DNA of 51,583 nt, filler included, from Sphacelaria rigidula (taxonomy: Eukaryota), in NCBI GenBank assembly GCA_964200075.2. It is 3 parts of 3 records of this genome, joined end to end, with 100 filler letters (N's around TTAATTAATTAA, not from the genome) between each part and the next. Parts side by side here need not be neighbours in the genome. Positions count along the whole stretch, not along the records: positions 1 to 17,130 come from CAXNAA020001159.1; 2 more parts are not named here. The stretch is one strand, 5' to 3'. Shown in pieces: positions 1-10,469 of this stretch (position 1 is the stretch's first letter; each line of letters starts with the position of its first letter). The notes beneath the pieces were generated by a model. The model was not told the origin of the DNA and did not search any database. It saw only the letters and a program-made list of their open reading frames with translations. Made by a program: the position numbers and the translations under genes.

Positions 1-673
1 CTAGTAATTCCTATACCTAAGGGAGATAGCGCCAATACTCAAACCTCTATGAACCTCCCGATCAATGCATTAAGCGGATGGCGACGAATTTTGGTGTGGA
101 AAACCACAAAAGAGTGCCGAATTGGAAAAAAAATGGGCCCGCAGTTTTTTTTTACATAGAGGTTAGGGCGTTCTCACGAAGAAATGGTCTTCACCATATC
201 AGAACGCCCTAACCCAGTGAAAAACATTGAAGAAAATTAGCCTGACCTACTTTTTTGTTAATTATGCCTCAGAGAGCGCCCACACAAAAAATATATACAC
301 GAAAACCGAACGTGGGCCGGTGAGTGGCCTGCGAAATACTGCTCCGAATTTTTACCGACCCGGTTTTTGATAGGCCCATGCTCTTTCACACATTCAGAGT
401 TGGACCCTGAAATTTGGTATCGACAATGAATAGGGCATGAAAAAAAATTACCTCGGTACCAAAGAGTTTTTTTTTCATGAGTTAAGGGCAATAATCAGTT
501 TTCAGGTATCAGTAAAATGCCTTCAACTCATGAAAAAACAACTTTTGGTACCGAGGTAATTTTTTTTTCATGTCCTATTCATTGTCCATACCAAATTTCA
601 GGGTCCAACTCTACATGTATAAAAGAGCATGGACCTGCAAACTTCAAATCCGCCTCTAGGCTGGCCCAACTCG
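1..673. mobile_element. Tc1/mariner-type MITE, copy A (short subfamily, cut by contig start), with an internal ~260-bp hairpin at 373-634
   Basis: The right end GGCTGGCCCAACTCG|TA is the reverse complement of the family TIR CGAGCTGGGCCAGCC. It is homologous to 8654-9828, 25994-27229 and 33757-34358. TA flank and CGAG terminus are typical of mariner-like elements. Confidence 0.75.
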
Positions 674-1040
674 TACTCTGTAGAGTGTAGGGCACCCCGG
701 GTAGCAGCTGCTGCCGCTATGTGCAGTTGTAGGTTTGATGTTTGTGTGAGGGGTGTGTTAAATAACGCCGTAGAGTTGCACAATGAACAATAAGGAACGG
801 GCGCTCGTGAGGTGTTCTCATACTCTCCCATCAATTTGTGGTAGGAGAGAGAGTAATCTTCGCGTGTTCACTCCAGTACCTCATTCTTTGCCGTTACCGC
901 CATAAAAATACGATTCGAAACCTTTCACCCCGACGCTGGAACGCTGGCTCCTGAGCTCTTCACATTACTGACTATAACCTATGTTGTTCAAAAATAGACC
1001 CTGTATATCCTCACCCCGCTTGGTATAGAAGTGAGCAGAT

Positions 1041-1406
1041 GGCAGCGGCACTGCTGTGTGTCCAGGTGCCCCTTGGAGCAGGAAATCGCCGACATACTCA
1101 CCTGCAAACTCTGCTGCAGTGCACTGTAAGTTGACATCGCTAGAAAAGGACACTACCATAACCACCTTGCCGGCTGCCAGACTTTCACAGACTCTCAGGA
1201 CGTAGGATCCGCTAGCATTGCTACTGTCTGTACGGGGGTGTTGCCCCCTTGTTAGGTACGTTTTGGAGCATGATACCAGATGAAGATCACCCTTCCTTGT
1301 ACATGAGCACCAAACGCTGGGCTTATCACTCAAGAGCTCGATTTGGAGGATGATACTAGGTAGGCAGCGGCAACTGCTGTGTGTCCAGGTGCCCCTTGGA
1401 GCAGGA
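1041..1406 (+). repeat. ~43-bp direct repeat pair (1041-1083 and 1363-1406)
   Basis: GGCAGCGGC(A)ACTGCTGTGTGTCCAGGTGCCCCTTGGAGCAGGA occurs twice. Confidence 0.85.
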
Positions 1407-1604
1407 TGCGTTTGGTGTCCGTTTGAGAAGTTATCCCCAAAAATACGAAATCGATAAAGGTTTTAGAGTAGAAAAATCTAGCAAAAATAATATCGCAAGG
1501 ATCCGATCGCAACGATCACGATGCAAAAATGGAGTCGCAAAAAACCTCTTGGTCAAATTTTTACCCGCAGCAGAAACCAACTTCACTTTGTGAAATTGGA
1601 ATAC

Positions 1605-2145
1605 TGAGGCCCCACCCTCCCCTCGCTCAATGTGGTTGGCGTCGGCTGGCGATGACGCTGTGAAACACGCCCCTCACTGCGTGAGCTATATAATAGGCAG
1701 CCAGGATGCCGGGTTTTTTTGCGCTTGCCTTTTTTTTTAGCGGTAACCATGATGATGATCGAGCTAGATCATACTGTATGGGGTGGGAGAACGTCAATTC
1801 TGCGCAAAGGGGATGATCACAATACGTGGTGTTTAAATGGCGAGACATCCATGAGGCAGAGTGGAACCCGTGGCTGTCTCTGAAAGTGGCGACAGCAGAA
1901 AATAAAGGAGCTCATTGAAGGCTGGCATCCATGTGCGGAATAATCAGTACGCTTCGGGCCGAACAACCTCAGTAGGACGCAGCTCACTGTTCGTGCGACT
2001 TGCCGAGTACATCACGACGCTTCGCGCTTGGTGTTTGATTGGGAACCTGGTACGGAGAAAACCCAGCGTGCTCCGTCTCGACTTTGTAGGGGAGCGAGGT
2101 CAATGGTCATATGACGGCATGCAAGATCCGGAGTACGACCCCCCA
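1605..2145 (+). repeat. Dispersed ~550-bp repeat, copy 1 (unclassified, possibly retroelement UTR)
   Basis: Colinear similarity to 11650-12225, for example GGCGATGACGCTGT.AAACACGCC.CTCACTGCG, TCGAGCTAGATCAT, GCGCAAAGGGGATGATCA and GTGGAACCCGTGGCTGTCTCTG. Confidence 0.8.
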
Positions 2146-2314
2146 ATGGTCGTTCATCGGCCGGTGCGAACGTCACGGCTTATGTGCATTGTTGGTATGA
2201 AAAACCATGAAATGAATGGCGCCGTGGTAGAACGCGTTGTGCCGAAATCACATAAATCAATCTGCAGGCAATTCCAGCTCCTACTCAGAGGCATTCAAGC
2301 GAACAATACAGACC

Positions 2315-2853
2315 TCACGTCGCCCTCAGTACCCGGGACGGAGTTCCGGCACATTGAGCTTTTCGGCAGAGGAAATCAACAAAGGAATCTACTGCCAGAT
2401 GTACTGTAGCAAAAGAACTGCGTCCCTCGTATCCTGTCCGATCGTCTGGCCCCTTCCCCTTTCCAATACTAGCACAAGCTGCCGACGGGCGCCTCTCTCC
2501 GACACTGTCCTTTGGTAAACGAGAGTTGTCCAATGGACTGCAACCGCCATCCACTTCACCCTCGACTTTTCTACGCTCCGGGGGGGATTTTGCTTGGGAC
2601 TGCCCTTGAAGCGGTCTAGCAACTGCAGAAGGCTTCTTTTTGGAAGACGAGGTCGTTGGTACGTTCCCAGTCCCCAAAGGCAATAGTCTTGAGGGCGCAA
2701 TAGGCCTGGGTGTTGTTGCTGCTGTTTTCAGTGCGTCTTTGGTCTCAGAAAGCGGCAAATCAGAAGGGCAGATAGCAAACGCTGCCATAGTCTTGTGGCC
2801 GAAAAGTCGGCCCAGAGTGCCGCTGGCCCCCGGCAGCACGAGGTGAGGAGTGC
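2315..2853 (-). CDS. Last exon of an RNase P/MRP subunit POP3/RPP38-like (L7Ae family) gene
   Basis: Polypyrimidine tract plus TAG acceptor at 2855-2854. A phase-1 join with exon 3730-4050 gives VALTG-TPHLVLPGASGTLGRLFGHKTMAAFAI, the C-terminal L7Ae motif. TGA stop at 2317-2315. Confidence 0.75.
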
Positions 2854-3729
2854 CTAGAGCGAAAAGGATAGGGACAACAGGGGTAGCGGGGACGGGTGTT
2901 GGGAAAATCTAGTGTGCACACCTGTCACTGTATACCAGGAAGCGGAAAACGTGAAAGGGTGGACACTGAGAAATCATGTCAATGACCAATATAAAGCGCG
3001 TGCAACAGATGAGCAGAGAACGGATTGAACCGAGACTGCGCACTTGCAAAATGATTGAGCGACAACTGACGTACTGTTGAATGTACAAGTTGAATTGGAA
3101 AGAAGATCCAGTTGGTTTACTCGAGAGCCACGAATCATTGAGCCGTTGGTGATAACCTCGCCGTGAACCGCAAAGTCAGACCAGAAGGCCCACATAAAGA
3201 CTCGCCCAACCTCCAATCCACAAGATATGTCAACGCCCTAAACGCAGTCAACAGGAGAAAAACACGTTCCATCATGCTTGAAGCAACTGAAATGTCATTT
3301 TCGTTTCAGACTTACGGTCACAGGCATCCAAAACAACACTTTGAACCATCGGCGGAGTGATTCTAAAATGGAGGGGCGAGTGGGGGGAGGGGGGAGGGCT
3401 GCAAAAAACGAAGGGGTTCATAGACGCAGCACACGACCACCGCACACTTGTAGTGCGCTTGAGTGTGGATGAAACCGCCGCTGAGAGGTGTGAAAACAAG
3501 TGCTTTGTCCGAACCAAGGACATTGTACGTGTAGAAAAACTTCGAAATGAGTCCTTTGTCCAACATGTGGCTCACCCGCTGCCTCCCGCCCCCCTCCCCC
3601 TCCCGTCATTGAATCACTCGGCGTGACTTTCAAATGTTCAAATTTATCACAGCGTCACGGTCCCAGAGTGTTTTGCAGAACGTGCTTTGTCCGCCATTAG
3701 AGTGCAACGTCGGCACATGGCGCACCCAC

Positions 3730-4050
3730 CTGTCAACGCAACGAGAGAATGCAGGTGCTCCACCAGTCTCGCGGGCCGAACATCCCGGCAGATCAAAACA
3801 ATCGCGCATGATCGCGAACCGGGGGTAGATGCCGCATCGGCAACTTTGGGATCGACGCTGTTACCTGAAGCAGAATCAGACCGGCACAATGAATCGGAAC
3901 CTAGTGCGCTACCCGAAGCACCAGATTTCTCGGGGTCGGCTTGGGCGTTTTTTGAGACCTGTTCGGCTGCAGCAGCCTCGAGGTACTTGGTAACCTCATT
4001 GATGCCCATGCGTAAACGCCGCCTGACCACGATTCTTCTTTCTGTGCTCT
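3730..4050 (-). CDS. Internal exon of the POP3/RPP38-like L7Ae-fold gene
   Basis: Encodes RRRLRMGINEVTKYLE...AIVLICRDVRPARLVEHLHSLVALT, carrying the L7Ae/L30e GxNEVxK motif. CAG acceptor at 4053-4051 and GTGGGT donor at 3729. Confidence 0.8.
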
Positions 4051-6007
4051 CTGATGTGCAGGAGTAGTGTATCCACGGGACGGCAAGACAGTGGCGGGGA
4101 GTTTGGTCGTTTGTCACAGGGTATATGGCCGCTTGTCTGTGCAGCACGGAAAGACTCGCTTTCAATCAAAAATGCGATGTTAAAAGTTTGACTACTATAT
4201 CTCGTGCGTAAGTATAGTAAAGTAGACCGTAGCTAAACCGAGATTGGTAGCACCGGCGCTGTGAATAGAGATCTCAAACCGCACCTCATGTCGGTGATGG
4301 TAATTATCTCCGATCCGTGGCAATGACCTGTAGACAATCCAATTGGCCAAGGAGAGCTGTAAACCTGTACCAAGCACTCACGAATTTGATGCACTACGAG
4401 CGTACCCGCTGTGATCACAAGGCATACACAATCGTTTCGTGTGGTGATATGATTTCGAGTTGCTCCTGCCGTCTCCGGCCCATACGCTGCACAGATCCGG
4501 AACACATACGACGGTAAAATATGCACCTAAACTTTGCAACTAATGATTCGCCAATGTAGCGGCCAAAACCAACATGAAAACCGACAGTACCCGAGTATGG
4601 CTGCACGTTTACCCGAAGTAATTCTGAGGGATAAGCCAGGGACAAGTGCGCCTGAGGAGGAAACGGGGTGAGGACGGTTGTCGAACCACGCGCAATTTTT
4701 CGGGGGGTCTCCAAGATCTAGTCCGAAAGACTGAACATGTTACTCAACCACTCGATGGCTGACCATCCCAGAGAGATGGTCGTCGCTACAGTGTACCTGG
4801 GTTGAGGAGAGGTAATACCTCCTTTTCAAGTCGGTCTATGACGATGTCTTGCTCTGCCGAAGGGATCGCAGCGCGTCCACCGGGAAGTCCAGGCGTTCCC
4901 CCTGGTGACTTGGCTCCAGTGGGGCCTGCTTAGATACCAAAACGAATTAGCATGCATCGAAAGCGGTTTTGGTTTCCCTCAGTAGAGGCTACCGCAACTA
5001 GCATGACGGGGCCAAATGCTCGACTGCGCACACTTCCCAGCCCACCACAAAAAGCGATCGAGAGCGTGAATCTACCGATAGCCCCCCATCCCACCCCACC
5101 TCACTCTGATGGAGCATGAACGATTCAAGCTGGTCAGCCGGACGACTGTACCAGGGTGGAAAATAGGCCTTCAGCTGGATCGGTGCTACGCCGCAGGGGT
5201 TCCTCGGAGGGGCGCCCTATGGGCAAAAATCTTTTGAGGGCAACGCACCATTTCACGTGATGTTGCCTTCATCTCTGGCACAAATTTGCACAACCCCTCA
5301 ATTCATCTGTCATATATCTGAGCCACCAACCTTGAAGTTCTGCGCTTTTCATTTCTCCAGTGAATCAATGTTCGCCCTCTGTGTACAACATCTGACCCGC
5401 TGTCAGGCGACGTCGCAAGGTCGTTTTTGCGCCAAATCAAGGGCCGCAATCCACGATAAAATCGGCGGCCCTCGAAACCAGATCAGGGGGAACCCGCCGA
5501 TCACCCGAAATATTTCGGCGCTACGCTCCGAAAAGCCCTACACCTGGCGGCGCGGTGACGCGCTGACGCGCTGACTTTATTATCCAACCTAGACTGTGCA
5601 TTGCAAGAGTTGTACTGACTCTCAGTGTTGTTCCTTCTCAAGGACATGCAGACTATTCACTTCGATTTTTTTCATGTTACACCGACTGCACTAGCAGTCA
5701 TGATTCACGGTATCAACTGCATCGAGCCCACACAAGAAACCATCGTGGGAACATGGATCATCGTAATCAGGACTAAAGACTGAGGCAACAGGCACTTATA
5801 GGGGCTGGAGGAATCCGCACGGCGCAGGAGGAACGTCGCTGCGCAGATCGCAGGGGGCTGATGCTCGAAACTTGCCCCGCTGCGGGAATTCATGATTAAA
5901 TTGGTACTGTGTTCTCAGAGCTGCGGGAGCCACTCTGTGTACACGAGCACAGTACTGCTGACTGAGTCTGGCATTAAGCTAGACTTGCATAACGTGTCAC
6001 TTTGTTA

Positions 6008-6825
6008 AGACGTGTCTTCGCACTTTTTTTCGATCGAAAAACTGGGTCAAATTTTTATGGCCGATCTCATAGGTCCACCGCATTTATGTTCCTTGAAGGC
6101 TTCAAGTCAAATTATAATTAGCGACGCGCGGAGAAGAATGCAACGAGGGAAAAAACAATCGTTTTCGATCGAAAACATTCGGTCGGAAGGCACGAAGCGG
6201 CACTTCGACTCCTATCTTACAGACCAACATGCCAAATAACACCTGTTCACAGGGCCATGCAAACTCCATCCAACTCATTCTCAGCTACCACCGCAACCCT
6301 GCAGCACAGAGCACGAGCTGAGCGCAGAGATAGATACACTACAGTAGTTGGGTGCGCTTTGATTACTTTTTGTTGGCGAAAACTTGCGCATCTTCTTTCA
6401 TGGTAGGCATCAGGGACGGAACCGCGTGATACGGTGGGAAACCGAGTTCCGTGCACGCTCATGGACAGTGCAGGCAGTACGAAGCTGCACGTTGCTGAAG
6501 TCCTTTTCACGTCGTATTGTAAGCAGAGAGAACTGATAGTCGTGGGCTGTCTGCACTGCACGTTGTCCGTTTCTCCTTTATATCCTCCTGCACGAGACAC
6601 GCACACATGCACTCAAGACACCCTACTTGCAAGCAGTGCAAACAGTACAGACTGTATGTACTGTACACGAGTGAGCATGTACCGTTTCACGAATTTCATT
6701 GTTTTTTTTCGATCGAAAGCTTGAAAATCCATCCGGACCCAACTGCATCAAAACGAGAAATTTTCGCTCAGATCGATTCCACCGCCTCATTTTTTCGATC
6801 GAAAAAAAAGTGCGAAGACAGGCCC
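6008..6825. mobile_element. PIF/Harbinger-type MITE 1 of tandem train
   Basis: TIR TGTCTTCGCACTTTTTTTCGATCGAAAA at both ends in inverted orientation; TTA at 6005-6007 and 6826-6828. Confidence 0.75.
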
Positions 6826-6828
6826 TTA

Positions 6829-7294
6829 GGCCGCTGCTTATAACAGACAAAAACCAAATCTAGAAAAGTGCCTTTTTGGAGCTTCTACGTCGTTTGACGC
6901 CCTAAGGGAGAGCCAGGCGGAGTTTGACACCTGTGAATGGCTTGGTCTACTCGTTGAGGCGGTTCCAGGACATCTTCCCGCTCTCCGGTGGCTTCAGTTT
7001 TTACTTTGGCTAAACAAGAATTTTTGTCCAAGACCGGTCAAGAACGATCAAATCTCAAAACAATCGTCATTTTTCCCGGGATTTCACCATGCTTGGAAAA
7101 AAATCTTGTTTGGCCAAAATAACAACTGCGGCCACCGGAAAACGGGAAGATGTCCTGGAACCGCCTCAACTAGTAGAACAAGTCATGCCAACGTGTCAGA
7201 CTCCGCCTAGCTCTCTTGTAGGGCGGTAAACGACGTAGACGTTCCAAAAACGCACTTTTCCAGACTTTCTTTTTGTCTTTTGTAAGCAGCGGCC
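6829..7294. mobile_element. PIF/Harbinger-type foldback MITE 2 (466 bp, whole-length imperfect palindrome)
   Basis: GGCCGCTGCTTA...TAAGCAGCGGCC termini, TTA flanks, arms complementary almost to the centre. Confidence 0.8.
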
Positions 7295-7297
7295 TTA

Positions 7298-7470
7298 GGC
7301 CAACTCTTATGGGAGCGTTTGAAAAAATATTTTGCAACAATTTTAGAGGAGTTTTTTTTTTCCTTGTCTATGGTGAACGGGCACAAAATACACAACTACG
7401 GCAAAGAAAAAAAAAAGTCGTTCAACATTATTGCAAAAGAAAATTCTAAACGCTCCCATAAGAGTTGGCC
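7298..7470. mobile_element. PIF/Harbinger-type foldback MITE 3 (173 bp)
   Basis: GGCCAACTCTTATGGGAGCGTTT...AAACGCTCCCATAAGAGTTGGCC; TTA flanks. Confidence 0.8.
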
Positions 7471-7473
7471 TTA

Positions 7474-7939
7474 GGCTACTTCTTATGTATAAAAATTGAA
7501 ACGTATTGAAAAGTGCATTTTCGACCCTTCTCCGCCGTTTTTCCCCCGAAAAGAGGACTAGGCGGCTGTTGACACCTTGGAATGACTTGCTCTACTCGCC
7601 GAGACGGTTCCTGAGCACCTTTGCGTTTCCCGTAGGTCACGGTTTCGTTTTTGACCAAACTTGCATTTTCAATAACAAACGGTCAAGTTGTCTGAAAACA
7701 GGGGGGAAACTCACATTTTTGGGGGAACTTGACCGTTTGTTATTGAAAATGCAAGTTTGGCCGAAAACGAAACCGTGACCTACGGGAAACGCAAAGGTGC
7801 TCAGAAACCGTCTCGGCGAGTAGAGCAAGACATTCCAAGGTGTCAGCAGCCGCTTAGTCCTCTTTTCGGGGGAAAAACGACGGAGAAGGGTCGAAAATGC
7901 ACTTTTCAATGAGTTTTTTTTTATACACAAGAAGTAGCC
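7474..7939. mobile_element. PIF/Harbinger-type foldback MITE 4 (466 bp, near-perfect palindrome, related to MITE 2)
   Basis: GGCTACTTCTT...AAGAAGTAGCC termini; TTA flanks. The ORF track shows almost the same peptide on both strands (7506-7778 + and 7637-7930 -). Confidence 0.85.
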
Positions 7940-8653
7940 TTAGACAGTAAAATACTCCGCGAGAGCTCGGCGAGGTGAAAGTTACTGAACCACCAAAAAA
8001 CTCACTTACAAACCTATATCGGCCTTACCCTAACATGCTATTGGGAGAACAACACCATAGAGATCACCTCAGAGTGATGCAACGGTAGTGGTGCACAAAT
8101 ATTTTCTGAGGCTAGAATTGTTAGAAGCCCTTTATCTCATCCAAACACGACATGTGGAATATGTGAGAGTACACCAGGGTTACTATTCCAATGTGCTCGT
8201 AGCGTAGGAATATCTCGAATGAACTTGCGAACGGGGATGCCCTGACCCACATTCTCGTGCATCTAGAATCGTTAGGAGCCCCTGAGCAGAACAAGATTTT
8301 GCGCAAAAATTGCACCCCTACCGTAGCATTGCTCCTCAATGACTATCGGACCGTCATCATGCCCGCAGATTAAGGTCTGCTATTGTCTGTACAAATCTGT
8401 GTCCGAAGACGTTGCCCCTCGCCATGTAGCTTTGCACGGATACTTGGTATAGAACCCACAGTTCGCACCAGAGGAGCTCAAAGTCGAGCTGTCGCGCGAG
8501 TTGTGGCGGGAATGTTGGGCCCAGTACCCTCAGATATATAACGGAGCCTAGGCAGTGCTTGTTAGCTGCGTTGCCTCGAGCGTTAGTCAATGAACAGAAC
8601 AAGTATCATGAAAGCCACTAGGATTCGTTGCTGCGAAATCGCCGGTTTGAACA

Positions 8654-9828
8654 CGAGCTGAGCCAGCCGAGAAGCGAATTTGTACTTTGCAGGCCCATTG
8701 TACGGCCAAGATTTAGAGTTGGACCCTGAAATTTGGTGTGGACAGTGAATCGGGTATAATAAAAACAAATACCAGTGCAAACAAGTTTTTTTTTAATGAG
8801 TTAGGGGCATTTTACTAATACCTGAAAACTGATTATTGCCCTTAACTCATGAAAAAAAAAACTTGTGGGCACTGGTAATTTGTTTTATTACGCCCTATCC
8901 ATTGTCCATACCAAATTTCAGGGTCCAACTCTAAATATTGGCCGTACAACGGGCCGTTTAGTGACGGGGTCAAAAGAAATTCGGAACAGAATTTTGCAGG
9001 CCACTCACCAGCCCACGTTTGGTGTTTGTGTATTGAAACCTTGTGTGGGCTAGGGCATAATTGACGAAACAGAATCGGTCAGGTTGATTTTTTGTTCACT
9101 GGTTGAGGGCGTTTCAGTCTGGAACCCGCCATTTTTTTACGAGAACGCCCAGACCTCTCCAAAAAAAAAACTGAGGGGCCATTTTTTTTTTATTCAGCAT
9201 ACCTCTGTGGTTCTTTATCCTGAGTTTCAAACTACAATTCTAAAAGTTGAGCTAAAAGATTGAGATAAGGCCCAAAAGCAGTGTTCATTTCTCCTCAAAA
9301 CTGCCCCACAAACCCAGAAAAAAAAAGAGACAGAAAATTGAAAAGGCTGTATTTTTAATCTGTATTATGCACTAGCGGTTCTCCATACGAAATTTCACAG
9401 CACAACTCTCAAAAACTGAGACGCGATATCCAGTTTAGTTCATCTAGTGCATCTGTTCGTGATATACTGATTTTAGTCTGAAAACTTATGTGCGATTTAC
9501 CTCGAGATAGATTACGAATTAGGTGAAGGTGAGGGTATCTATCGTTTCCCCGTGCTCTAGGGAATGTCCACATCAAAATTTGTGATCATCCACTGAATGC
9601 ATCGATCGGGGGTTTCATGAAGATCTTAGTACGGACGCTATCTCCGTTAGGTATAGGAATTACTAGACATGGGGTTTAATCAACGAGGGAATATGGGCCC
9701 AAAATTACGAGCAGATGGGCACCTTCCCCTTGGTTAGACAATTAATACAATATGCGGATCACGGCCCTCGTCCGCGTCGACGAGATATTGCTTTGAGAGA
9801 TTAAATCCGTCTAGGCTTGCCCGGCTCG
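8654..9828. mobile_element. Tc1/mariner-type MITE, copy B (long subfamily, complete)
   Basis: TIRs CGAGCTGAGCCAGCC / GGCTTGCCCGGCTCG|TA; internal hairpin ~8692-8955; reverse-complement homology to copies A and C. Confidence 0.8.
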
Positions 9829-10174
9829 TATACGAGTATCCTCTATAATTGTCAACAGACAGTGAGTAAAAGCATTAAATCTACAACAAAATACTGGCGA
9901 AGGCTGATAACCACCGGTTCAACCCACAGAGCGCCCTGAGCGCCTAGGGACACCGAACTTGTGGCTTCAACACCTACCTGTGGCATCAACCAAGATATGT
10001 CTGAAGTTTCACCATCATCAAATACGAGGTGCGCCTCCTCTCGTCGCCTGGTCATCGGATAAATATTTAGATATTTAACTAATTTCAAGGGAAACACAGG
10101 ACAGTACAGGACGGTACTGCCCGTGGATAGTCATCAACAAGCGCGGCCATGTACGTTTATACACATTCACTCAC

Positions 10175-10244
10175 GTTTTCTTTGGGGGATAAGAGGACTA
10201 GCAATGGGATGCGACCGGCCTCGCTTACGCCCCGAGCCCAACAT
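10175..10244 (-). CDS. Candidate first coding exon of the minus-strand POP3/RPP38-like gene (MLGSGRKRGRSHPIASPLIPQRK)
   Basis: ATG at 10244 and strong GTGAGT donor at 10174. It is phase 1, compatible with the phase-1 acceptor at 4050. Intervening exons (e.g. ~9978-10048) cannot be excluded. Confidence 0.45.
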
Positions 10245-10403
10245 CACCTTAGCAGAGCAATGACTGGACAACTGACGGTGCCTGCTGGGCGGTGAAAAGG
10301 TTAAGAACCAAAGAGAGCACATCGCTCCATAGGTTCCAAAATCAGGTTCCAAATTGGTTCTGTTGGAGGGGTCACATCAGCGTAAGCTACATAGCGGCGT
10401 GCA

Positions 10404-10469
10404 ATGGTGGCCATGAAGCGAAAACGACCCGGAGACGGATACGATGAGGATGAGAAGTTGTTGCACCAG
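10404..10469 (+). CDS. Exon 1 of SRFBP1/BUD22-like ribosome biogenesis gene (MVAMKRKRPGDGYDEDEKLLHQ)
   Basis: ATG at 10404 or 10413; CAG|GTATGT donor; phase 0 matches the exon at 12707. Confidence 0.7.

Noticed and set aside
7506-7930. Duplicated genes on opposite strands
   Set aside because: The mirror ORFs arise from the DNA palindrome of MITE 4.
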